Origin: an uncultured Lachnospira sp.
GTDB taxonomy: Bacteria > Bacillota > Clostridia > Lachnospirales > Lachnospiraceae
Reading direction: 5' to 3'
DNA length: 64,000 bases
NCBI GenBank assembly: GCA_944381165.1
Contig: CALWKC010000011.1
Span: 4,225-68,224 of the forward strand
Position 1 is the stretch's first letter, and each line of letters opens with the position of its first letter. The position numbers were made by a program, and so were the translations under genes. Of the stretch, positions 56,386-64,000 are shown in pieces. The notes under the pieces were generated by a model, which worked only from the letters and a program-made list of their open reading frames with translations, was not told the origin of the DNA and made no database searches.

Positions 56386-57606
56386 ATGATAGAAATTATT
56401 TGTAACGGCGAAGATGACAACAAAAGCGAAACAGTCAGAGGCACCACAAGTATCCGAAGACCAAAGAATATCAAGCAAATCGGGGATGTGAGTTCAAACC
56501 GGAAAATATATATAGAAGATTATGCGTTTACATATATTAATTCGGTGGCATATCAGGCTCCTGATGAGGAGCAGGCTGGTGTACTTCTGGGAGAAATTCA
56601 AAAGTCAGATGAGGAAAAATGTCTGTTTATCAAAGGTGTAATACGCGCAAAAAGCGCGGACAGCGATTCGGGACAGGGTATATTTTTTGATGAAAAAGTC
56701 TGGAATGGAATATACGCGGAGATTGAGAAATTTTTTCCGGATTTGCAGGTGGTTGGCTGGTTTGCAACACTTCCGTGCGTTACGCCGGAGCGTATGCTTT
56801 ATTTGAGAAAGGTGCATTTGGACAACTTTGCGGGAAATATGAAGACCTTGTACCTGGTTAATACTGCCGAGAAAGAAGAAAATTTTTATCTTTATGAGGG
56901 CGGGGAGCTGAAAAAACAAAAGGGCTATGTGTGTTTTTACGAGAGAAATTATGAGATGCAGGAATATATGCTTGAAAAGAGAGGCAGAAAAACCGTTGAG
57001 AGCCCTGAAAAAGATAAGGTTATGAAATCTATCAGAAGCATCATACAAGAGAAGGAAGAGATGAAGCAGCAGAGAAGGAATACAACATTTTTATATGGAG
57101 TAAGCAGCTTCATGGTTTTAGTTGTGCTGGTTATAGGTATAAATCTTCTCAACAGCTATGAAAAAATGAAAAAATTTGATAAGTCTCTGAGCAGTATAGC
57201 TATGGAAATATCCAATATAAGCGAAAAAGAAAAGGATATTCAGACCTCTGATGGTGTTGTATCCGTAAATAAACTCTCGGGAGACGTTTATCCCACGCAG
57301 GAGGAGACTTCTGAGGAGACAAGCGCAGACGATGGGACAAGCAGCGCGGCGTCTGAGAGCGCTTCTCCGGAAGATAGTGAGAATGAACACGGCAGCGCAG
57401 ATGAAAATAACGATGAAAGTGACAGCAGCCAGACACAAGATGCAGCGTCAACGCAGACAGTGTATGTTGTGCAGAAGGGTGATACGATAATGAGTATCTG
57501 CAAAAGATTTTACGGAAATACAGAAAAACTCAATGAAATCATTGAATTAAACAAACTGGAGGATGCCAATAAACTCTATGTAGGGCAGGAGATAAAACTT
57601 CCTTGA
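56386..57606 (+). CDS. MPN-like (JAMM motif lost) domain, TM segment, acidic S/E/D linker and C-terminal LysM domain protein
   Basis: AGVLLGEIQ...LQVVGWFATLP where JAMM enzymes have GWYHSHP. TM segment FLYGVSSFMVLVVLVIGINLL. LysM YVVQKGDTIMSICKRFYG...KLYVGQEIKLP. Confidence 0.7.
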   Translation: MIEIICNGEDDNKSETVRGTTSIRRPKNIKQIGDVSSNRKIYIEDYAFTYINSVAYQAPDEEQAGVLLGEIQKSDEEKCLFIKGVIRAKSADSDSGQGIFFDEKVWNGIYAEIEKFFPDLQVVGWFATLPCVTPERMLYLRKVHLDNFAGNMKTLYLVNTAEKEENFYLYEGGELKKQKGYVCFYERNYEMQEYMLEKRGRKTVESPEKDKVMKSIRSIIQEKEEMKQQRRNTTFLYGVSSFMVLVVLVIGINLLNSYEKMKKFDKSLSSIAMEISNISEKEKDIQTSDGVVSVNKLSGDVYPTQEETSEETSADDGTSSAASESASPEDSENEHGSADENNDESDSSQTQDAASTQTVYVVQKGDTIMSICKRFYGNTEKLNEIIELNKLEDANKLYVGQEIKLP

Positions 57607-57688
57607 ATATTTTGCGGGATATTGTATAATGATGTCAGTACGTTTTGATTTAAAGACAGCGTCATTTTTGAAAAAAGAGGTAAACCGA

Positions 57689-58945
57689 ATGGCTGATATC
57701 ATATCGGGAAAATCCAGATTTGGCGGTGGGGCATCTTCCGGCAATAAAAAAGTAATCCGGCTGGTATCAGAGCCGGAGAAAAATGACAATCTGGATGAAG
57801 CTGAGATAAAAAACAGAGTTATGAACAGGCGCAAGCGGATTGCTGTAATTATTGTGGTATCTGTTGCAGTTATAATTGCCGCTGTATTTGCGTTGCTGTA
57901 TTTTATGGATGGAATTACATACAGTGATTACTCGGTGGTGCAGTCCGTAAACCGTGATGACAGTGAGACTGCAAGTTACATTGGATATGCGGATGGCTAT
58001 GTAAGGTACAGTAATGACGGTATTGCATATTACAGCAAAAAGGGCACTTCTGTATGGAACCAGACATATACAATGCAGAAACCACAGTTCAAGATATGCG
58101 GCGATACGCTTGCGGTCGGGGACATTAACGGGAGTAAAATATATGTTTTTGACAAATCCGGAAACCTCGGTGTGATTGATACTTCGCTTGCAATTTCGCA
58201 GATTGAGGTCGCAAATCAGGGAGTTGTGGCGGCAGTCCTTGAGGACAACGATGCTAATTATATAAACCTTTACGATGCGGATGGAACAAAAATATATACG
58301 GTAAAGACATCGCTTTCCGGAGACGGCTATCCTCTTGATATAAGTATTTCTCCGGATGCCACAAAGCTTATGGCGTCTTATCTGTACGTAAGCGGAGAGA
58401 CAATGAAAACGAATGTTGTATTTTATAATTTCTCCGAGGTTGGACAAAATGAGACGGAGCGCGTCGTAGGCGGGTTTAATCATTATGACAGCACAATTGT
58501 TGGAGACGTCCATTTTATGGATGAAAATACCGCAGTTGCAGTCGGAGAAAATATAGTCAGTATTTATTCTATAAAAGAATACCCTAAGTTATCAAAAGAG
58601 ATTACTATAGATAATGAGATTGACAGAGTGTTTTTTGGCAGCGGATATATAGGGCTTGTTCTGAAAAATTCCGATTCGGGAGATATTTACAGGCTGGTTG
58701 TTTATAACACGGGCGGAAATAAAGTGTGTGAGACAACCTTCAGCACGCAGTACGACTCTATTGTATTTGACGGAAAAAGTATAGTTATGAGCAGCGATAC
58801 GGCGTTTGTGCTTATGAATCTGAAAGGCAAAAAGCTTGCGGAGCTCACCATGAGCCTGCCTATACAGACGGTTATCCCTGTCGGACGCAGAGGAGATTAC
58901 ATATGTGTCAATTCCAAATATGTACAGAACATAAGGTTGAAATGA
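57689..58945 (+). CDS. Hypothetical single-pass membrane protein with a repeat-rich (beta-propeller-like) ectodomain, DUF5711-like
   Basis: SD AGAGG before ATG 57689. TM segment IAVIIVVSVAVIIAAVFALLYF. Recurring hydrophobic-G-D/N strand patterns. The family name is from memory only. Confidence 0.45.
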   Translation: MADIISGKSRFGGGASSGNKKVIRLVSEPEKNDNLDEAEIKNRVMNRRKRIAVIIVVSVAVIIAAVFALLYFMDGITYSDYSVVQSVNRDDSETASYIGYADGYVRYSNDGIAYYSKKGTSVWNQTYTMQKPQFKICGDTLAVGDINGSKIYVFDKSGNLGVIDTSLAISQIEVANQGVVAAVLEDNDANYINLYDADGTKIYTVKTSLSGDGYPLDISISPDATKLMASYLYVSGETMKTNVVFYNFSEVGQNETERVVGGFNHYDSTIVGDVHFMDENTAVAVGENIVSIYSIKEYPKLSKEITIDNEIDRVFFGSGYIGLVLKNSDSGDIYRLVVYNTGGNKVCETTFSTQYDSIVFDGKSIVMSSDTAFVLMNLKGKKLAELTMSLPIQTVIPVGRRGDYICVNSKYVQNIRLK

Positions 58946-58989
58946 TATGACACAATCAGAAAAGATAAAGTGAAAATTGGAGGATGCCT

Positions 58990-59778
58990 ATGAGTTGGGT
59001 GATAATCGCGGTTGCCGCAATATTTATTGTTTTTGGTATTATTGGCTGGAAAAAGGGAATTATCCGGATAGCAGTGTCGCTTGCTGCAATGATAATAACA
59101 TTGATTGTATGCGTAGGTGTTACGCCGGTGCTGTGCAGCGCAGTCAGACAAAATACAACTCTTTATGATAAGCTTCGGGAGTCTGTTTATAATTTTATGA
59201 TAGAAGACGAAAGCTTTAACGAGGCGGCTGACGAGAGTATTGAGGACAGCGAAAACGCAGTTGTCGAATCGGATAAGCTGGAGGAATATTCGGCGGCAAT
59301 CGAACACTATGCTGCTGCTGTTATGCAGAAGCTCCACCTGCCTGACAGCGTTGTCACGCAGCCCGCTGAGGCTGCTGCGGGAGTTGTCGATGAGATTGCG
59401 GATACTATCGGTACCGGAAGTATTTCAATGAAAAATATTACGGCGGCGGTAGTTGCGGCGAGGCTTGCATCGATAGCGCTTAATGCGATTATATATATTA
59501 TCGTTTTTCTTGTGGTGTACATTGTGCTCAGAATAATATTTGCGGTCACCGGGTTGATTTCTCATCTGCCGGTTATCCATCAGGCTAATCAGGTGCTCGG
59601 GCTGGTTTTTGGTCTGCTTGAGGGACTTGTTGTTGTCTGGATTATGTTTGCGGTGATAACCGCGTGCAGTAATTCGGCGTGGGCTGCAAAGGCGCTGATT
59701 GATATAGGAAGAAATGACTTTTTGTCGTTTCTCTATGACAAAAATATATTGATAAAGACAATTATAAAGAGCATCTGA
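58990..59778 (+). CDS. CvpA-family membrane protein
   Basis: GGAGG 7 nt before ATG 58990. MSWVIIAVAAIFIVFGIIGWKKG start typical of CvpA. Four or more TM segments. Confidence 0.7.
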   Translation: MSWVIIAVAAIFIVFGIIGWKKGIIRIAVSLAAMIITLIVCVGVTPVLCSAVRQNTTLYDKLRESVYNFMIEDESFNEAADESIEDSENAVVESDKLEEYSAAIEHYAAAVMQKLHLPDSVVTQPAEAAAGVVDEIADTIGTGSISMKNITAAVVAARLASIALNAIIYIIVFLVVYIVLRIIFAVTGLISHLPVIHQANQVLGLVFGLLEGLVVVWIMFAVITACSNSAWAAKALIDIGRNDFLSFLYDKNILIKTIIKSI

Positions 59779-59819
59779 AAAGGACAGTAAATATTAACGG
59801 ACAAAGGAAGGGTAATGGG

Positions 59820-61286
59820 TTGGAAGAGACAAGAGTGCTTACACAATACGATACGCCGATTCATCATGCGTTGGAGGAACAGAGACTTAACCGTCTGGCA
59901 CATTTTGACGTGCCCGGACACAAGGGGGGACGCGGAAACAGGGAGCTTAAGGAATTTTTGGGCGCGGACTGCGTAAAGCTTGATATGAATTCCATGAAGC
60001 CGCTTGACAATCTGTGTCATCCCGTTTCTGTAATAAAGGATGCGCAGCAGCTTGCGGCGGAGGCGTTTGGCGCAGACGAGGCATTTTTTATAGTGAACGG
60101 CACTACCGCGGCAGTTCAGGCGATGATAATGTCGGTGACAGTTGCGGGAGATAAAATTATTATGCCCCGGAACGTGCACAGAAGTGCGATTAATGCGCTT
60201 GTTGTGAACGGTGCCATCCCTGTATATGTAAACCCCGGTGTAAACCAGAGGCTTGGTATACCTCTTGGAATGTCAGTTGCGGACGTAGAGCAGGCAATAA
60301 AAGAAAATCCTGACGCGAAGGCGATACTTGTAAATAATCCGACATATTACGGAATTTGTTCAGATATAAGAGGAATTGTTAAAATAGCTCACGAGCATGG
60401 AATGCTGGTGCTTGCAGATGAGGCGCACGGAACGCATTTTTATTTTAACGACAGGCTTCCGGTTTCGGCTATGGAAGCCGGAGCTGATATGGCAGCAGTA
60501 AGCATGCATAAGACGGGCGGATCTCTTACACAGAGCTCTATTCTGCTCACAAAAAATACTGTCAACGCCGATTATGTCAGACAGATTATCAATCTGACCC
60601 AGACTACAAGCGGCTCTTATCTGCTTCTTTCTTCTCTTGACATAGCGAGAAAAAATATGAGCCTTAACGGCAGGGCTTACTCCGATAAAATGATAGAGTT
60701 TGCGGATTACGCCAGAGAGGAAATTAACAAGCTGGGTGGGTATTACGCATTCGGCGAAGAGCTGATAGACCGTGATTCGGTGTTTGATTTTGACAGAACA
60801 AAGCTGTCGGTTCATACGAGAGATATAGGGCTTGCCGGAATTGAAGTGTACGATTTGCTCAGAGATGATTATGGAATACAGATTGAGTTTGGCGACATCG
60901 GAAATATACTTGCTATTATTTCCGGCGGCGACCGGATGCTTGAGATAGAGCGTCTCATCTCGGCTCTGTCGGAGATTAAACGCCTGCATGAACGCGAAAA
61001 ATCCGGGATGTTTGATCATGAATATATAAATCCTAAAATTGTCATGGGACCGCAGAAGGCATTTTTCAGCAAAAAACAGTCGGTGCCTATTGAGGAAAGC
61101 TCTGACATGATATGCAGTGAGTTCGTTATGTGTTATCCTCCGGGAATTCCTATACTTGCACCGGGAGAGATGATTACACAGGAAATTATTCATTATATTG
61201 AATACGCTAAAGAAAAAGGCTGTCTTGTGACAGGAACGCAGGATATGTCTGTTGAAAATATAAACGTCGTTGACATTAACGCGTAA
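59820..61286 (+). CDS. Orn/Lys/Arg decarboxylase family PLP enzyme (SpeA-type of Firmicutes)
   Basis: FDVPGHKGG N-terminal motif. PLP-lysine context AVSMHKTGGSLTQSS. Start TTG 59820 or GTG 59835. Confidence 0.85.
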   Translation: MEETRVLTQYDTPIHHALEEQRLNRLAHFDVPGHKGGRGNRELKEFLGADCVKLDMNSMKPLDNLCHPVSVIKDAQQLAAEAFGADEAFFIVNGTTAAVQAMIMSVTVAGDKIIMPRNVHRSAINALVVNGAIPVYVNPGVNQRLGIPLGMSVADVEQAIKENPDAKAILVNNPTYYGICSDIRGIVKIAHEHGMLVLADEAHGTHFYFNDRLPVSAMEAGADMAAVSMHKTGGSLTQSSILLTKNTVNADYVRQIINLTQTTSGSYLLLSSLDIARKNMSLNGRAYSDKMIEFADYAREEINKLGGYYAFGEELIDRDSVFDFDRTKLSVHTRDIGLAGIEVYDLLRDDYGIQIEFGDIGNILAIISGGDRMLEIERLISALSEIKRLHEREKSGMFDHEYINPKIVMGPQKAFFSKKQSVPIEESSDMICSEFVMCYPPGIPILAPGEMITQEIIHYIEYAKEKGCLVTGTQDMSVENINVVDINA

Positions 61287-61309
61287 GAAATAAAATATAC
61301 CTAAATATT

Positions 61310-62191
61310 ATGAGGAGGAAGATAGCAGCTATGTCGCAGAATATGGAGCTGTGGTATACGGATAAGCACACTCAGAATGTCCAGTTGACTATGAAAGTGA
61401 GAAATCAGATTGCCAGCACGGAGAGTGAATTTCAGAGAATAGATATACTTGACACGGTTGAGTTCGGGAAAGTATTAGTCCTTGACGGCGAGCTGATGAT
61501 TACACAGAAGGACGAGTTTATATATCATGAGATGATTACGCATGTGCCTATGGCGGTGCATCCGAGTGTCAAAAATGTCCTTGTCATCGGGGCCGGGGAC
61601 GGCGGAACTATAAGAGAGCTGACAAAATACAATACCATTGAAAAAATAGATATGGTTGAAATAGACAAAAAGGTTACAGACATGTGTCTTGAATATTTTC
61701 AGGAGACATCATGCAAATTAGATGACAAGAGGGTACATATGTATTTTGAGGAGAGCCTCAGATTTGTGCGGATGAAAAAGGACGAGTACGACCTTATAAT
61801 TGTTGACTGTGCGGACCCGTACGGACCGGCTGAGGGGCTGTTTACGCGTGAATTTTACGGAAACTGTTTCAAGGCGCTTCACGATGACGGCATTCTTATT
61901 AACCAGCACGAGAGCCCGTATTACAGCGAGCACTCAAGGACCGTGCAGAAGGCGCATAAACATATACAGCAGGTTTTTCCCTACAGTACGGTTTATCAGT
62001 GCCATATTCCGTCCTATCCGTCGGGACACTGGCTGTTTGGCTTTGCGTCCAAAAAATATGACCCTATCAAGGATTTGCACGAGGACGACTGGAATAAGCT
62101 TGGACTCAAAACGCGTTATTATAATACGGATTTGCACAAGGGAAGCTTTTATCTGCCTACTTATGTCAAAGAACTTCTGGGAACAGAGTAA
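61310..62191 (+). CDS. speE: Spermidine synthase (aminopropyltransferase)
   Basis: MELWYTDKHT (typical SpeE N-terminus, ATG 61343; ATG 61310 and 61331 are alternatives). VLVIGAGDGGTIREL. IIVDCADPYGPAEGLF. Confidence 0.9.
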   Translation: MRRKIAAMSQNMELWYTDKHTQNVQLTMKVRNQIASTESEFQRIDILDTVEFGKVLVLDGELMITQKDEFIYHEMITHVPMAVHPSVKNVLVIGAGDGGTIRELTKYNTIEKIDMVEIDKKVTDMCLEYFQETSCKLDDKRVHMYFEESLRFVRMKKDEYDLIIVDCADPYGPAEGLFTREFYGNCFKALHDDGILINQHESPYYSEHSRTVQKAHKHIQQVFPYSTVYQCHIPSYPSGHWLFGFASKKYDPIKDLHEDDWNKLGLKTRYYNTDLHKGSFYLPTYVKELLGTE

Positions 62192-62265
62192 AAATTATTG
62201 AAAATATCATATGTTTTTGATATAAAAAAGATACGGTTAAAAAGACGCGGACAGGAGGAAAAATA

Positions 62266-63483
62266 ATGGGAAAAGCTCTTATTATCGGTGCCGGAGGTGT
62301 GGCAGGAGTAGCTGTTCATAAGTGCTGCCAAAATCCGGAGGTTTTTGAAGAAATTTGTATTGCCAGCAGAACAAAGTCAAAATGCGACGCTTTGAAAGAG
62401 GCTTGTGAAAAGAAATACGGAACAGGCGAAGGAAAAACAAAAATCACTACGGCGCAGGTTGATGCCGACCATGTGGACGAGCTTGTTGCTCTTATCAATA
62501 AGGTAAAGCCTGATATAGTGATGAATATAGCGCTTCCGTATCAGGACCTGACAATTATGGATGCGTGTCTTGAGACAAAGACGAATTATCTTGATACCGC
62601 AAATTATGAGCCGCCTGAAACTGCTCATTTTGAGTATTCATGGCAGTGGGCATATAAGGAAAGATTTGAGAAGGCTGGAATTACGGCTATTCTGGGCTCA
62701 GGCTTTGACCCGGGCGTTACCGGAGTTTTTTCGGCATATGCGCAGAAGCATTACTTTGACGAGATTGAGACGATTGATATTCTTGACTGTAACGGCGGTG
62801 ACCACGGATATCCGTTTGCGACTAATTTTAATCCGGAAATTAATATCCGTGAGGTTTCGGCAAAGGGCAGCTATTGGGAGAACGGTCACTGGGTTGAGAC
62901 GGAGCCTATGGAGATAAAGCGAGTTTATAATTTTGACGGGGTGGGGGAGAAGGATATGTATCTTCTTCATCACGAGGAGATAGAATCTCTTGCGAAAAAT
63001 ATAAAAGGCGTAAAGCGAATTCGTTTCTTTATGACTTTTGGTCAGAGCTATCTCACTCATCTGAAGTGTCTTGAAGACGTCGGAATGACTTCTATTGAGC
63101 CGATTGATTTTGAGGGACACAAGATTATTCCGCTGCAGTTTTTAAAGGCAATGCTTCCGGACCCGGCGTCACTCGGTCCAAGAACTGTGGGAAAGACTAA
63201 TATAGGCTGTATTTTTTCCGGCAAAAAGGACGGAAAGGACGTATCTTATTACGTTTATAATATGTGCGACCATCAGGAGTGCTATAAGGAAGTCGGCTCT
63301 CAGGCGGTTTCTTATACAACCGGTGTTCCTGCAATGATAGGAGCAATGATGGTTATGACAGGAAAATGGAACAAGCCGGGTGTGTTTAACGTGGAAGAGT
63401 TTGACCCGGATCCGTTTATGGAAGCGCTTAACCGTTTCGGGCTGCCGTGGGTTGAAAATTTCCACCCGCATACAGTTGATTAA
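62266..63483 (+). CDS. Carboxynorspermidine/carboxyspermidine synthase (saccharopine dehydrogenase family)
   Basis: KALIIGAGGVAGVAVHKCCQNPEVFEEICIASRTKSKCDAL closely parallels the N-terminus of Vibrio CANSDH. 405 aa. Confidence 0.8.
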   Translation: MGKALIIGAGGVAGVAVHKCCQNPEVFEEICIASRTKSKCDALKEACEKKYGTGEGKTKITTAQVDADHVDELVALINKVKPDIVMNIALPYQDLTIMDACLETKTNYLDTANYEPPETAHFEYSWQWAYKERFEKAGITAILGSGFDPGVTGVFSAYAQKHYFDEIETIDILDCNGGDHGYPFATNFNPEINIREVSAKGSYWENGHWVETEPMEIKRVYNFDGVGEKDMYLLHHEEIESLAKNIKGVKRIRFFMTFGQSYLTHLKCLEDVGMTSIEPIDFEGHKIIPLQFLKAMLPDPASLGPRTVGKTNIGCIFSGKKDGKDVSYYVYNMCDHQECYKEVGSQAVSYTTGVPAMIGAMMVMTGKWNKPGVFNVEEFDPDPFMEALNRFGLPWVENFHPHTVD

Positions 63484-63502
63484 TCAGATTGGAAAGTAAA
63501 TA

Positions 63503-64000
63503 GTGGAAAAGATTAATTTTAATGAAATAAAAACGCCTGCATACATTGTTGACGAGCGTCTGCTGGAAAATAATCTGCGCGTGCTGCGGAGCATTTGTGA
63601 CAGGACGGGATGCCGTATACTTTTGGCGCAAAAGGGATTTTCAATGTATTCCCTTTATCACCTGATAGGAAAATATCTGTGCGGGACAACGGCTAGTTCG
63701 CTGTACGAGGCAAGACTCGGACATGAGGAAATGCACGGTAAAGAAACACATATTTTTTCGCCTGCCTACAATGAAAATGAATTTGCGGAAATATCAAGGT
63801 TGTGCGACCATGTTGTGTTTAATTCTATCACGCAGTATCAGAAGTTTAAAAAGCAGGCTCTGCAGTCCGGGTGCGGCTGCGGTATAAGAGTGAATCCGCA
63901 GTATGCCGAGGTTGAGACGGAAATCTATAATCCATGCTGCGCCGGCTCAAGACTGGGGACAACGCTTGATGTGTTTGAGAGAGATTTGAAGGATAATCCT
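63503..64000 (+). CDS. nspC: Carboxynorspermidine decarboxylase, 5' part (runs off the window)
   Basis: Not in the ORF track because it is open-ended. My translation from GTG 63503 is VEKINFNEIKTPAYIVDERLL...LLAQKGFSMYSLYHLIGKYLCGTTASSLYEARLGHEEMHGKETHIFSPAY, which is NspC-like, with no stop to 64000. Confidence 0.8.
   Translation, partial: MEKINFNEIKTPAYIVDERLLENNLRVLRSICDRTGCRILLAQKGFSMYSLYHLIGKYLCGTTASSLYEARLGHEEMHGKETHIFSPAYNENEFAEISRLCDHVVFNSITQYQKFKKQALQSGCGCGIRVNPQYAEVETEIYNPCCAGSRLGTTLDVFERDLKDNP

Overview
This is a chromosomal segment from a spore-forming, Clostridia-type Firmicute. That call is an inference from gene content (spmA/spmB, yyaC, yaaL, a SpoVK-like AAA+ protein, and the uvrC-hprK-glcK-murB-rapZ-whiA backbone). 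The window is almost fully coding and mostly on the + strand. I saw no rRNA, tRNA, CRISPR array, transposase or integrase.

Gene content in order:
- 1-5823: a MukF/E/B-like (Mks/Wadjet-like) SMC operon, with its first gene cut by the window edge.
- 6074-8767: a TPR / acidic-linker / SpoVK-type AAA+ protein whose Walker motifs are degenerate.
- 8.8-12.2 kb: tkt and an iron-containing alcohol dehydrogenase.
- 12.5-18.7 kb: an ECF sigma / anti-sigma pair, then MoxR, DUF58 and a transglutaminase-domain protein.
- 18.7-25.5 kb: the uvrC-to-whiA housekeeping block.
- 25.6-38.8 kb: an SDR, a GNAT, citrate synthase, aroA, two CobW-type P-loop proteins, nudC, spmAB, a GH25 lysozyme, an aquaporin and yaaL.
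- 39.1-49.7 kb: an 11-gene Tad/Flp-type pilus locus.
- 49.7-59.8 kb: a flavodoxin-SCP2 fusion, an orphan histidine-kinase-like protein, HIT, aconitase, yyaC, a LysM/MPN-like protein and CvpA.
- 59.8-64.0 kb: a polyamine cluster (decarboxylase, speE, carboxynorspermidine synthase and decarboxylase).

Signals most worth a second look:
1. A ~148-nt structured element present twice in opposite orientation. Each copy sits in the 5' leader position of an unrelated gene, and the copies differ by compensatory base changes.
2. The Muk-like operon, which has no Toprim nuclease gene after the ATPase and has an Asp-Asn Walker B.
3. The Tad locus, with a P-loop-less TadZ, two prepilin peptidases, a 725-aa protein with a TadE-like N-terminus and a TadE-like protein with twin Cys modules.
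4. The catalytically degenerate SpoVK-like AAA+ protein.

All homology statements are by-eye motif recognition. No database search was run.
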